Assembly (NCBI GenBank): GCA_963714425.1
Contig: CAVQOI010000006.1
Location: 6,230 to 70,229, forward strand
Origin: an uncultured Chloroflexia bacterium
GTDB lineage: Bacteria; Chloroflexota; Anaerolineae; Anaerolineales; UBA4823
Direction: 5' to 3'
Length of the DNA: 64,000 nt
The translations under genes were made by a program, and so were the position numbers. Below the pieces are notes generated by a model, which saw only the letters and a program-made list of their open reading frames with translations, did no database searches and had not been told where the DNA came from. Every line of letters starts with the position of its first letter. The stretch's first letter is position 1. This document shows, piece after piece, positions 1 through 10,152 of this stretch.

Positions 1-1298
1 ATGGCGCCCATCAAGCCCACCATCTCCTCGTGCTCGTTGCGCTGCGCGTATAGCGGTACCAACCAGTAGTCCCCCCACTGGAATAATGTTTCCTTCGTGC
101 CATTTTGGGCTGCTTGCTTCAATACCTCCTGCGACAGGTCTTCTTTTTGCAGAATGTGTTCGCTGCCGATAGTGACCACCGTCTCCAGGCCGTTTTGACC
201 CAGCGAGGCCACGAACGCATTGGATGCCTGCAAGCGGTCGCACACAGCAGCCAGCACCAATTCGAGGAACTGGTGGAGGTCGCTGGATGTGAGCAAGCGT
301 TCTTCGAGGTGTTGGAGCAGCTCGATATTTCCCCGGTCGCCCCCATGGAACAGCCAGCGTTCCCACAAAGGCGCTGCCAGCGTGATCAGGTATTCCAGGA
401 TCAGCACCAAAGCGACCATGATGATGGGCACGGCCGCGGTGTAACTCTGCCCGGCCGACTCTCCAGCACGGCGCACCAATGTGGTAGCTGCCAGCACGGT
501 GGAGGCGGTCACCGGACCGCGCATCAGCCATTTGAACAGCCTGCGCTTGACCACCCGGTCGGGCCAGGGCACGCCGAAGAATGCGACCGCATACGCCATC
601 AGCACCAGCAGCGCTGAGACCGCCAGGTTGCTGACGGTTGCGGCGATCCAGAAGAGCAGCGGGGTGCTGGCCGCCAGGCCCGAGCCAAAGAGCAGGTACG
701 GGTACGAGCCCAGTGCGGGCGCCAGCCCGCCAACGAGCAAGTAGCTCATGCGCCGGCGGCTGGTCCTCGCCACAGTGCGCCGGAAGGCGCGCAGAAAGTT
801 GACCCAAGCAAAAGCAATATCGATGGCGAAGTAGAGCGTGAAAACCCATGTCAGCCAGGTGCGCTCCAGGTGGGGTGCTGGCTGTTCGTTCTGCACCAGC
901 CGCCCAACGAGCAGCCCGGATGGCAGGGCAAGCAAGAAAGCCAGGGATAGGATATAGGAAAAACGCACAACCATGCGCCTGCGCCCGCGCGAAGGCCGCC
1001 CCGTGGTGGCCAGCAAGGCGTCGGAGAAATGCAGATAGGTCGCGGGGAGGAAGGTGATGCCGATCCATTGCAGGCGCAGCCAGAATTCGAGGTCGCGGGA
1101 GGACGAGGCAGTAGAGCCGATGGCGTCGCCAACAAACACGATCACCACGCACACCAGGATGAGGGCGAAGGAGCGCGCTACGCGGTCGCGCAAGTTGAAG
1201 GTGAGCGCGTAGAGCAGGAGCGAAAATGCCGTGATGGCGATCCCCGCCGTCAGCAGCTGGTTAAGCGTCACCAGGATGGTGAGCAAAAGATCAGTCAT
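1..1298 (-). CDS. Membrane sensor-like protein with N-terminal 7TM (HisKA_7TM-like) region; 3'-partial, runs off the window edge
   Basis: Manual translation from ATG at 1298 (MTDLLLTILVTLNQLLTAGIAITAFSLLLYALTFNLRDRVARSFALIL...WLRLQWIG...) stays open to the window start; many TM segments then a soluble region. Missing from the ORF track because it has no stop. Confidence 0.75.
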   Translation of the reverse strand, partial: MTDLLLTILVTLNQLLTAGIAITAFSLLLYALTFNLRDRVARSFALILVCVVIVFVGDAIGSTASSSRDLEFWLRLQWIGITFLPATYLHFSDALLATTGRPSRGRRRMVVRFSYILSLAFLLALPSGLLVGRLVQNEQPAPHLERTWLTWVFTLYFAIDIAFAWVNFLRAFRRTVARTSRRRMSYLLVGGLAPALGSYPYLLFGSGLAASTPLLFWIAATVSNLAVSALLVLMAYAVAFFGVPWPDRVVKRRLFKWLMRGPVTASTVLAATTLVRRAGESAGQSYTAAVPIIMVALVLILEYLITLAAPLWERWLFHGGDRGNIELLQHLEERLLTSSDLHQFLELVLAAVCDRLQASNAFVASLGQNGLETVVTIGSEHILQKEDLSQEVLKQAAQNGTKETLFQWGDYWLVPLYAQRNEHEEMVGLMGA

Positions 1299-1397
1299 TA
1301 CCCTTGTTTATCCTACCTGTTCCCTCCTAGCCACCTTCAGGGCGAGGAGGAAAAAGCCCCAACAATCAAATAATGGTGCTTAGAGGGAGTCATTTCG

Positions 1398-1937
1398 CTA
1401 TCGCAAAGACTTTGCAAAAAACAAACCAATATCATGGTTGGCGAAAAACCGGTCGTTGTACCCGCAAAAGTCGAAGCCCAGCTTGCGCGCCATTTGCAGA
1501 GCGGGGTAGTTCTTAGGCTGCATCTCAAGCACCAAACGGCGGCAGTCATGATTCTCACCCCATTCCTGGGCTGCCAGGAGTAAGGCGCTGCCGATTCCCT
1601 GGCGACGCAGGCGGCGCAGCACCACCAGGTCGGTCACCCAGGCAGTCACCGGGGCGATGTCCAGGTTCAGGCTGATGTAGCCAACCGGTATATCGTCCAG
1701 CAATGCTACCAATACACCCGCGCGCTGCTCCCAATCTTGCTCCAAGCGGCTCGCCAGACGAGGATATTCAACGCGCACGGAATGTGGCAGGCGAGTCTCG
1801 CGGAAACGAACGTTCACCTGGCCTTCATCAACCTTGAGCTCCATTTGCCAAACAGAATCACTGGTGTAGTTGTGGTCGATTGCGATCAAGGCAGCGATAT
1901 CTGCTGCGTTTCCTGGGCGGATGTTGATCTCTGGCAT
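1398..1937 (-). CDS. GNAT family N-acetyltransferase
   Basis: Acetyl-CoA motif LRRQGIGSALL and C-terminal N-x-x-A...KLGF. Confidence 0.9.
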   Translation of the reverse strand: MPEINIRPGNAADIAALIAIDHNYTSDSVWQMELKVDEGQVNVRFRETRLPHSVRVEYPRLASRLEQDWEQRAGVLVALLDDIPVGYISLNLDIAPVTAWVTDLVVLRRLRRQGIGSALLLAAQEWGENHDCRRLVLEMQPKNYPALQMARKLGFDFCGYNDRFFANHDIGLFFAKSLR

Positions 1938-1956
1938 AAATGCTACCTTCCTGGGT

Positions 1957-2658
1957 TCACGGGGTGGGATTGGTCACACGCACGGCGACGATGCATGGCG
2001 GCATGGACTGCCCCTGATTATCGGAGACCACCAGGCTGAGCTGATGATCGCCGGGCGAGAGCAGGCTGGTGTTCCAGGCGCCTAGGGTGGCGTCCACCTT
2101 GACCTCGTTGCCTGCCAGGATGGTCAGCCAGTTCTCCTCTTCGACACGCTTCATCTCCAGCTTGAAGAAGCCAAAGTTTGGGATGCTCGCCGTGCCTGTG
2201 ATGACTACCACACCGCCGATCTCGCCCCCATTCGTTGGCGAGGTGATAGTTATCTGGCCTGGGATGCAGCCCTCTCCGGATTGCGGCATGGTAGGAGCCA
2301 GGGTGGGTGTGGCTGGCAGGGGTGTCCCAGCTTCAGCCTGAACGGTGGGCTGCAGGGTAGAGGTAGGGGTCGCTAACAGGTCCAGGGTGGGGGTGAGCAA
2401 CGGCACAGCTCCGGGCATGGTTGGGATGATAATAGATACCAGAAAGAATTCAGCGATCACCAGCGCAACCAGCAATGCCATGATGCTGGCGGATTGGTTG
2501 AGACGCGCCTGCGCACTTTCACGCTCCAATCCAAAAGCAGCCTCGCGCAACTCCTGCCACGCCAGGATAAATTTTCGGACATAGATGAGGCCCCCCAGGC
2601 CTAGAAGGAGGTAGATCCATACTTCGTAGGCTCGGAAAAACCGGAACGCTTCTTCCAT
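1957..2658 (-). CDS. Membrane protein, 2 TM + Pro/Thr linker + C-terminal Ig-like domain
   Basis: Two hydrophobic helices, PT-rich linker, ITSPTNG...ITGTA...WNT...L.LVV.D beta-rich tail bounded by two Cys. Confidence 0.75.
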   Translation of the reverse strand: MEEAFRFFRAYEVWIYLLLGLGGLIYVRKFILAWQELREAAFGLERESAQARLNQSASIMALLVALVIAEFFLVSIIIPTMPGAVPLLTPTLDLLATPTSTLQPTVQAEAGTPLPATPTLAPTMPQSGEGCIPGQITITSPTNGGEIGGVVVITGTASIPNFGFFKLEMKRVEEENWLTILAGNEVKVDATLGAWNTSLLSPGDHQLSLVVSDNQGQSMPPCIVAVRVTNPTP

Positions 2659-2724
2659 GCGGAATCTGCTTTACCCTGCTGGACTGGCGTCGGATTTGAA
2701 CAGACACCAGCGGTTGCGAATAGG

Positions 2725-3561
2725 TCACAGCCGGCGTAGTACCCCTCGGATGAGGGTCGTCAGCTTGGGCACGAGCACGCGTCCGGCTTCTAAGACTTCT
2801 TCATGAGTTGTGGTTGTGCTGCCATCCAGGTTAGCTTTATTGCTGATCCCCGAGATGCCCATCACGCGCATGTTGCCGTGCCGCGCTACGGTTACTTCGG
2901 GAACGGTAGACATACCTACCGCGTCAGCGCCGGCTGCCTTCAAAAAGCGCAGGTCGGCGGGGGTTTCGAATGACGGTCCAGCCAGGCTGACATATACTCC
3001 CTGGTGGAGCAGGATGTCCTCTTCAGCCGCCACAGCGAGGGCGGTTTGGCGCAAAGCACGGTCATAGCACTGGCTCATATCGGGGAAGCGCGGCCCGATC
3101 TCGTCCAGGTTTGGGCCACGCAGCGGGTTCAACCCAGCCATGCCGATCATGTTGAGGTGATCGATAATCAGCATCAGGTCGCCGGGGTTAAAATCCGTAT
3201 TGACTGCCCCTGCCGCATTGGTCACAATCAGAATCTCCACCCCAAGGCGTTGCATGACGCGCACGGGTAGCGTGATCTGTGCCATGCTGTAGCCCTCATA
3301 ATAGTGCACCCTACCCTGCATCGCCATCACATCCATGCCCTCGAGGGTCCCGATGACTAGCCGCCCCTGATGACCTACCACGGTCGAGACCGGCCAACCG
3401 GGCAAATCCCGTATCGGGATGTCGGCAGGGTTTTGCACGCTGTCGGCCAGCCCGCCCAGACCCGACCCCAGGATGAGCGCCACTCGTGGAATAGCTGCGA
3501 TACGCCCCCGGATCAGCCCAGCCAGCTGGTCGATTTGCTCTAATGTCACGTATTCGTTCAT
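2725..3561 (-). CDS. punA: Purine-nucleoside phosphorylase (trimeric type)
   Basis: ILGSGLG, GRVHYYEG, TNAAG, GPSFETPA, VGMSTVPE motifs. Confidence 0.95.
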   Translation of the reverse strand: MNEYVTLEQIDQLAGLIRGRIAAIPRVALILGSGLGGLADSVQNPADIPIRDLPGWPVSTVVGHQGRLVIGTLEGMDVMAMQGRVHYYEGYSMAQITLPVRVMQRLGVEILIVTNAAGAVNTDFNPGDLMLIIDHLNMIGMAGLNPLRGPNLDEIGPRFPDMSQCYDRALRQTALAVAAEEDILLHQGVYVSLAGPSFETPADLRFLKAAGADAVGMSTVPEVTVARHGNMRVMGISGISNKANLDGSTTTTHEEVLEAGRVLVPKLTTLIRGVLRRL

Positions 3562-3660
3562 CGGATTAATCCTATTTTTAAAGGATGGAAGCCCCGCCCA
3601 GGGTGCGCATGGAATTATATCACGCCGACTATTTCAGTTAATGGGGTGAATTTGTGAACC

Positions 3661-4704
3661 TCAGGCGATGACCAAGATTTCTTCAAATGCTTCTACTGCC
3701 CTGCTCACGTCCTCATCGCTGATCCAGTGATGTGTCACCAGCCGGAAACGCTGCAGCCCTATCGCACCTACCAGCACGCCTTGGGTCTTGAGGGCAGCAG
3801 CAACCTGGTTAGCGTCTCGCGGCACATCTGCAGCCAGGGAGCAGAAGACCATGTTGGTGTGGGGTGTGCCCGGATCGAGCAGCAAGCCAGGGATGCTGGC
3901 AAGCCCATCGGCCAGTAGGCGGGCGCGGCGATGGTCCTCGCTGAGGCGACTTGTCATGCTCTTCAGGGCGACAATACCCGCTGCAGCCAGCACCCCGGCC
4001 TGGCGCATGCCCCCGCCGAGCTGCTTGCGGATGCGATGGGCACGGACGACGAACTCTTTTGTGCCACACAGCAAAGAGCCAACCGGTGCGCACAAACCCT
4101 TGCTTAAGCAGAAGGTGATCGAGTCGGCGGGAGCTGCCAGCGCGGTAGCATCTACCCCCAGAGCCACGGCTGCATTGAAGATGCGCGCCCCATCGATGTG
4201 CAGTCGAAGGCCGTGTTGGTGGGCAAGCTCACCCACCTGCTGCGTGTACTCGACGCTCAATGCAGCCCCGCCACAACGGTTGTGGGTGTTCTCCAGCGTC
4301 ACCAGTCGCGAGATGGGATGGTGAGCTTCGTCGGGACGGATGGCAAGGCGGATATCTTCCAGCTTCAGGCTGCCGTCCGGCTGGTTGGGAATCTGGCGCG
4401 GAAAGACACCCCCCAACGCAGCCACACCGCCAGCCTCGAACAATACGGTGTGGGCTTTATCCCCCAGGATCACTTCGTCGCCGCGCCCGCAAATTGCCAG
4501 GACGGCAGCCAGGTTGCCCATCGTGCCAGAGGCTACAAACAGGGCAGCTTCTTTGCCCATGCGCTCGGCAGCCATCTCCTGCAGGCGGTTCACACTGGGG
4601 TCCTCGCCGTACACGTCGTCGCCCACTTCAGCACGCTGCATGGCTTCCCACATCTCTGGAGTGGGTTTGGTCACTGTGTCGGAACGTAAGTCGATGTAGT
4701 CCAT
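3661..4704 (-). CDS. ltaE: Low-specificity L-threonine aldolase
   Basis: DLRSDTVT, SGTMGN, LENTHN, HIDGARIFNA, FCLSKGL (PLP Lys), GGGMRQAG. Confidence 0.95.
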   Translation of the reverse strand: MDYIDLRSDTVTKPTPEMWEAMQRAEVGDDVYGEDPSVNRLQEMAAERMGKEAALFVASGTMGNLAAVLAICGRGDEVILGDKAHTVLFEAGGVAALGGVFPRQIPNQPDGSLKLEDIRLAIRPDEAHHPISRLVTLENTHNRCGGAALSVEYTQQVGELAHQHGLRLHIDGARIFNAAVALGVDATALAAPADSITFCLSKGLCAPVGSLLCGTKEFVVRAHRIRKQLGGGMRQAGVLAAAGIVALKSMTSRLSEDHRRARLLADGLASIPGLLLDPGTPHTNMVFCSLAADVPRDANQVAAALKTQGVLVGAIGLQRFRLVTHHWISDEDVSRAVEAFEEILVIA

Positions 4705-4725
4705 AATTGCCTCATTTTTTCGTTG

Positions 4726-4986
4726 CTAAGCGGAATTCTGCCCGATGAACGCCAGCCAGGGCACGCCGCCGCCGATATGGGTAGGCGTGATGGTCGGCGT
4801 CAGCGTTGGCGAGGGAGTGTGGGTTGGGCTGGGTGTGGGGGTGAGGGTAGGAGTAGGCGTAATGGTTGCGGTAGAGGTTTGTGTTGAGCTGGCTGTCTGA
4901 CTGGCGGCTGGGTTTGTAGTTGCTAGGGAAGCGTTACACGCCGTTACGAACAAGGCAAGCAGAGAAGTACAAAACAGGTGCTTCAT
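4726..4986 (-). CDS. Short Thr/Pro-rich lipoprotein, probably a truncated remnant
   Basis: RBS GGAGG, lipobox VTAC, TP repeats, ends abruptly after GGGVPWLAF. Confidence 0.5.
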   Translation of the reverse strand: MKHLFCTSLLALFVTACNASLATTNPAASQTASSTQTSTATITPTPTLTPTPSPTHTPSPTLTPTITPTHIGGGVPWLAFIGQNSA

Positions 4987-5026
4987 CTTCCAAGCCCTCC
5001 CTGATTAAGACACCAATTGAACCGTT

Positions 5027-5242
5027 ATGGCGAGGAGTGCGCTATGCGACAAGACTATCCCCATGTTGGGCTTCGGGTTAGATTGCTTCGACCTGCCTGG
5101 CGGCAGGCAGGTCGCCATGCAGGCTCGCTCGCACTGACGAAAATTTTCCGTCATTGCGAGGAGGGCGCCAGCCCGACGAAGCAATCCTTATCACCGCCCT
5201 AGGTGATCGCATTGGCGGCAAAAAAAGCCGCCTCGCAATGAC
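5027..5242. repeat. Cluster of REP-like palindromic elements
   Basis: gtcattgcgagg...gaagcaatc...cctcgcaatgac (about 5150-5242), a degenerate copy at about 5027-5137 with gattgcttcg, and nested palindrome acctgcctg-gcgg-caggcaggt (5091-5112). Confidence 0.65.
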
Positions 5243-5256
5243 ACTCCACGTATCCT

Positions 5257-6183
5257 TCAACTTTCCAACCTTAAATCCTTCAACACCTCAGCCAGCTCCT
5301 CCGGCAACGCCGCGACGAATGTTTGCGGTGATTCCTCGCCTGGCAAGCGGATAGACAGTCGCGCCGCGTGCAGGAAGTGGCGTGCGAGCGAAACGCTTGG
5401 CTTGCGCAGCCCATAGATAGTATCTCCTACCACCGGGCAGCCCAGGAAGCGCATGTGCAAGCGGATTTGGTGGGTGCGTCCGGTGATGGGGCGCACTTCG
5501 AGCAGCGTGTGTGCCTTGAAAGTTTCCAGCGTCTTGTACTCGCTGACCGCCTGCCTGCCTTTGTTCGCAGGTACCACCGCCATGCGCCTGCGCTGTGCCG
5601 TATCCCGACCAACAGCAGCCTCGACGCGCCCCGTGGGTGTGGGCGGATTCCCATCCACCAGTGCCAGGTAGACCTTCTCCACCTGGCGGGAGCGAAACTG
5701 CTCCTGCAGCCAGTGGTGAGCCCTGTCGTTCTTGGCAAGCAGGATCAAGCCAGATGTGTCTTTATCCAGGCGGTGTACCACACCGGGGCGTACCTCACCG
5801 CCGATGCCAGCCATCATGGGGGCGTGTGCCAGGGCAGCGTGCACCAGCGTGCCACGCGAGTGCCCCACCCCGGGGTGAACCACCATGCCGGCAGGTTTAT
5901 CCACCACAATCAGGTCGTCATTCTCAAAAACGATGGTAAGCGGGATAGGCTCTGCTTCTAAGGTGGTAGGCTCGGGAGGGGGAATGCGCACCACCACGGA
6001 GACTCCCCGGTCCACAGCCTGACCGCTCTTATGAGCGGGGACACCGTCGACAAGCACGAAGCCCTCCTGGATCAGCCCCTGCAGCCGGGCGCGTGAAAAC
6101 TCTGGTAGGCAACTCACCAGGAATTTGTCCAGCCTTTGGGATTCACCCTCGGTGTACTCGAAGGTCTCCAGGCGTTCACTCAC
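5257..6183 (-). CDS. rluD: RluA/RluD family pseudouridine synthase
   Basis: S4 domain (RLDKFL), VDKPAGMVVHP, HRLDKDTSG, TGRTHQIR; GTG start at 6183 overlaps the lspA end. Confidence 0.93.
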   Translation of the reverse strand: MSERLETFEYTEGESQRLDKFLVSCLPEFSRARLQGLIQEGFVLVDGVPAHKSGQAVDRGVSVVVRIPPPEPTTLEAEPIPLTIVFENDDLIVVDKPAGMVVHPGVGHSRGTLVHAALAHAPMMAGIGGEVRPGVVHRLDKDTSGLILLAKNDRAHHWLQEQFRSRQVEKVYLALVDGNPPTPTGRVEAAVGRDTAQRRRMAVVPANKGRQAVSEYKTLETFKAHTLLEVRPITGRTHQIRLHMRFLGCPVVGDTIYGLRKPSVSLARHFLHAARLSIRLPGEESPQTFVAALPEELAEVLKDLRLES

Positions 6184-6754
6184 CCTGGACCTCCTCCGCC
6201 TGGGGATTGCTGCCTGCCGTGGCAAGGTCTGAGCTTCGGCGTTCGTTGAACCACATGCCCAGAATCAGGACTGCTACACCTGTGGAGATGCATGCATCGG
6301 CAACATTAAAGACCGGGAAGGTACCCACGGAGATGAAATCCGTGACGAAACCTCGAGTCAGGCGGTCGATCAGGTTGCCCAGAGCGCCGCCGAGCTGCAT
6401 GCCCATTGCCAGGCGCAGGCTCCACTCGCCGCGCGGCACCTGGGGGTAATAAATGAAGATGGCGATTGCTACTACGATCGCCAGGATCGTGAATACGTCG
6501 CTGAGGCCCGGCAACATGCCGAAAGCCGCACCAGTATTCTTCCAATGAACGATGCGGGCATAGGGCAGAAGCCAATCCCACGGCACCCACATCTCTTCAA
6601 AGTCAAGGTTGTTGCGCACCAGCGCTTTGGTCCATTGGTCGAGGGTGACGATCACTGCGGCAAAGCTAATCAGAAACCCGTATTGGCGAAAAAATCTTTT
6701 CAAAAGATGCTCCAGTAAGATAGGTATGTCCCCCCATTTTACCTCAGAGTGCAT
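6176..6754 (-). CDS. lspA: Lipoprotein signal peptidase II
   Basis: DQWTK, NTGAAFG, GGALGNLIDR, VTDFI, FNVAD; start uncertain. Confidence 0.95.
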   Translation of the reverse strand: MHSEVKWGDIPILLEHLLKRFFRQYGFLISFAAVIVTLDQWTKALVRNNLDFEEMWVPWDWLLPYARIVHWKNTGAAFGMLPGLSDVFTILAIVVAIAIFIYYPQVPRGEWSLRLAMGMQLGGALGNLIDRLTRGFVTDFISVGTFPVFNVADACISTGVAVLILGMWFNERRSSDLATAGSNPQAEEVQGE

Positions 6755-7073
6755 CGCCCTCGCCCAGCGCTCTCTAGTGGTAAGAATTTCCTGATAAAGT
6801 TTCCTGTCTAAGGGAGCTCTAACCAGTCGAACAGGGTAACGTGCCCCCGTGTTACCGATGGTGTACTTTCTCCCTCCGAGACCTGAGGGGATTACGCAAA
6901 AAATGACGACGAGGCGCCGCGCCTGGCGATAATCTTCTCCCTGGGTGCTAGCAATCAGCTCTTAAACCTGATCACATTTTCCACCCCAGCTCGCTTTCCG
7001 ATCTGTAGGGTTTCTCATAACATATTAGTGATAAAAATAATTACTCATAAAGTGCAAAGGGTGCATCAAGGGC

Positions 7074-10055
7074 ATGTACTGGCAATATCACCCCTATATT
7101 CTGCCCTGTCTGGTAACAGCTGGCATCTCTGGGTTGCTGTCGCTGACAACCTGGCGCCGCCGGAAATTACCCGGGGCGCTAGCCTTGAGCTTGCTAATGC
7201 TTGCTGTAGCCGAGTGGTGCCTCGGGTACGCAGTGGGTCTTGCCAGCACAAGCCTGTCTGCCAAAGTGTTATGGGCGCAGGTGCAATACTTCGGGATCGC
7301 CCCCATCGCGGTTCTCTGGCTGGTCTTTGCGCTGCAATTTTCCGGGCATGGGAAAGTGCTCACCCGGCGAAATCTGGTGCTGCTCTCTATTATCCCCCTG
7401 ATCACCATCTTCTTGGTTTGGACTAACGCCAGCCATTCCTTAATGTGGAGCCAGGTAAGCCTGGTAACTCGCGGCGCGTTACGCTCTCTGGCGCTTTCGT
7501 ATGGAGCATGGTTTTGGGTGCAGACCGCCTACACCTACCTGCTGCTGTTTGCAGGGATCGTGCTGCTGGTGGGGGTGGTTGGACAGCGAACCTGGATACA
7601 ACGCGGCCAGGTGCTGACCCTGTCGTTTGGCGCAGTCTTACCATTGCTCGGAAACCTGGTTCGCATCACTGGCCTCAGCCCCATCCCCGACCTGGACCTC
7701 ACTCCTCTCGCTTTCAGTCTGTCGGGCACCCTATTTGTTTTTGGACTGCTGCGCTTCCGTCTTTTTGATATCCTCCCGGTGGCGCGCAGTGCCATCCTGG
7801 AGAGCATGAGCGAAGGGGTCCTCGTCATAGACCCGGAGAAGCGCGTGGTGGAGATTAACCCTTCTGCAGAGCGCTTTCTACACTGTCGCGCCTCAGAGAT
7901 CCTGGGTAAAGGTGCACATGCTGTGTTCCCAGACTCTGATCTCCTGAGTGATATGTTGAATGGGGGAGACGGCCAGGCTGTCGAAATCTCGCTGAGCAAT
8001 GCATATGGCACAGGGGTATACGATGTGCGCGGGACAACCCTGAAAGATACTCGCGGCAAGCTGCGCGGCCGCTTGATTGTGCTGCGCGAGATCACTGAGC
8101 GCAAACAGATCGAGGAAAATCTGCGGGATAGCGAGGAGCGTTTTCGCCAACTTTCCGAAGCCTCGTTTGAGGCGGTTGTTATCGGTCAGGACGGAGTTAT
8201 CCTGGATGTCAACCCCCAATTCTTGGAGATGTTTGGCTACCAGCGCCCCGAAGAGGTGGTTGGAAAAGGCGCGGGTGTTTTCATTGCCCCGGAGCACCTC
8301 GACCAGGTGAAGCACAATATTGCTGCTAACTACCAGCAGATCTACCAAAGTGTAGCCCTGCGCAAAGATGGAACCCGCTTCCAGGTGGAAATCCGTGGTA
8401 AGAGCGTTCGCTACCAGGATCGCCAGGTTCGTGTCACCTCCATTCGTGATATCAGCGATCGCCTGAAGGATGAAGACGCCCTGAACCGCAGGACTGAGGA
8501 ACTTACTTCACTCTATCATCTTTCGCTGGAGATCGCTGCGCCCCATGATCTCTCGGTATTGCTGGAAAAGATCGTCACAAAAGCTGTGCAATTGCTGGGT
8601 GCAGGGGGTGGCGGGCTGTATGTGTGTGACCCTGTAAAGCGTGTAGTCCGGTGTGTGGTCAGCTACCAGACACCCCAAGATTACCGGGGTACCGTGCTGA
8701 AGTATGGCGAAGGTGCAGCAGGAATTGTCGCCGAGAGCGGGAAGCCCGTGATCATCGATGATTACCGTACATGGCAAGGGCGAGCCGAGATCTACGAGCC
8801 CGATAGCCCTTTCCGCTCGGTGCTCAGCGTTCCGCTCCTGTGGAGCGAGGAGGTGATTGGCGTGCTCCACGTGCTTAGATACGAAGAAGGGCAGAAGTTC
8901 ACCCAGGCGAACCAGGAGCTGCTCTCTTTATTTGCCAACCAGGCGGCGCTTGCCATCGAGAATTCCGACTTTGTGAACAAGGTGCAATCCTACGCACACC
9001 GCATGGCTTTGTTGAACGACCTGACCCAGGTGGCTATCAGCGCTCCGAATATGGTTACCATGCTCCAGCGCATGGCAGGCAGGCTGGGTGAGCTCTTCGA
9101 AGCCGATGGGGCATACATCACCCTATGGGATGAGGAGCATCAGTCTCCGATCCCTAGTGCCGCCTTCGGTCAGGTGAGCGAAGAATATACGAGTATGCTC
9201 ATCGAGCCAGGCGAAGCGACCATGACAGCAGCTGTTCTGGAGGCTGGGCGCGTACTGGCGATTGAAGATGTAACCGTCTCTAGCTATGTCAGCCCTCGCA
9301 TCGCAGCACTTTTCCCCACGCGCGCCATGATGGGCTTGCCCTTGGTCGCTGACGGGCGCAAGCTGGGCGCGGTGTTCATTAGTTACGATAAGCCCCATCC
9401 ATTCACTCGAGATGAGATCACCCTGGGTGAACAGGCTGGCGCCCAGGTAGCTTTAGCGATTGCCAAAGCGCAGTTCCTGGAGGCCGAGCAGCGCCGGTTG
9501 GAAGAGTTGAAAGCTATGAACGCCATCATCCAGCAGATGGCGTTCACTGACGAGCTTACAGGTCTTTATAACCGGCGGGGTATTTGGGAATTTGGTAAAC
9601 GTGAGGTCGATCGCGCCATCCGCTTCAACCGCCCGTTGAGCGCGATCATGCTGGATCTAGACCGCTTCAAGTTAATCAATGATCGCTATGGACACCCCAT
9701 GGGGGATATCGTGCTGCGCCAATTTGCAAACTTCTGCCGGGGTAGCGTGCGTACCATCGACGTCGTGGGGCGCTATGGAGGCGAGGAGTTTATTATCCTG
9801 TTGCCTGAAGCCAGCATGCGACAGGCGGCAGTAGTAGCCGAGCGCATCCGCAAGAACCTGGCGGAAATGGACTTCCAGACCCCGAACGGAGACATCCACA
9901 TTACCGTGAGCGCCGGCGTGACCGAGTTCACACCCGAGGTCGAAAGCCTGGAAGTCTTGTTTGACATGGCGGATCGGGCGCTATACAAGGCTAAGCGCCA
10001 GGGGCGCAACAAGGTAGTGGCTCTGCGGGAGGAATCTCCTGATATACATCAATGA
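7074..10055 (+). CDS. Diguanylate cyclase, 7TM-PAS-PAS-GAF-GAF-GGDEF
   Basis: N-terminal TM region, PAS/PAC ends (REITERK, RDISDR), two GAF-like repeats, DELTGLYNRR, GGEEF with RxxD I-site (RTID). Confidence 0.92.
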   Translation: MYWQYHPYILPCLVTAGISGLLSLTTWRRRKLPGALALSLLMLAVAEWCLGYAVGLASTSLSAKVLWAQVQYFGIAPIAVLWLVFALQFSGHGKVLTRRNLVLLSIIPLITIFLVWTNASHSLMWSQVSLVTRGALRSLALSYGAWFWVQTAYTYLLLFAGIVLLVGVVGQRTWIQRGQVLTLSFGAVLPLLGNLVRITGLSPIPDLDLTPLAFSLSGTLFVFGLLRFRLFDILPVARSAILESMSEGVLVIDPEKRVVEINPSAERFLHCRASEILGKGAHAVFPDSDLLSDMLNGGDGQAVEISLSNAYGTGVYDVRGTTLKDTRGKLRGRLIVLREITERKQIEENLRDSEERFRQLSEASFEAVVIGQDGVILDVNPQFLEMFGYQRPEEVVGKGAGVFIAPEHLDQVKHNIAANYQQIYQSVALRKDGTRFQVEIRGKSVRYQDRQVRVTSIRDISDRLKDEDALNRRTEELTSLYHLSLEIAAPHDLSVLLEKIVTKAVQLLGAGGGGLYVCDPVKRVVRCVVSYQTPQDYRGTVLKYGEGAAGIVAESGKPVIIDDYRTWQGRAEIYEPDSPFRSVLSVPLLWSEEVIGVLHVLRYEEGQKFTQANQELLSLFANQAALAIENSDFVNKVQSYAHRMALLNDLTQVAISAPNMVTMLQRMAGRLGELFEADGAYITLWDEEHQSPIPSAAFGQVSEEYTSMLIEPGEATMTAAVLEAGRVLAIEDVTVSSYVSPRIAALFPTRAMMGLPLVADGRKLGAVFISYDKPHPFTRDEITLGEQAGAQVALAIAKAQFLEAEQRRLEELKAMNAIIQQMAFTDELTGLYNRRGIWEFGKREVDRAIRFNRPLSAIMLDLDRFKLINDRYGHPMGDIVLRQFANFCRGSVRTIDVVGRYGGEEFIILLPEASMRQAAVVAERIRKNLAEMDFQTPNGDIHITVSAGVTEFTPEVESLEVLFDMADRALYKAKRQGRNKVVALREESPDIHQ

Positions 10056-10087
10056 GCTGACGCTGTGGAGCTCGGTGAAGGAACCGA

Positions 10088-10129
10088 AAAAGACCGCTTT
10101 GCGGGTACTGTCCCACACAGCGGTCTTTT
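10088..10129. terminator. Probable bidirectional terminator between convergent genes
   Basis: aaaagaccgct ... agcggtctttt inverted repeat with A/T tails; long loop. Confidence 0.55.
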
Positions 10130-10152
10130 ATTGCAGCTTCATCTCCGGAGGT

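Noticed and set aside
6760-7070. Possible riboswitch between lspA and the diguanylate cyclase
   Set aside because: Only short hairpins (ggtaac..gttacc); no recognisable consensus.
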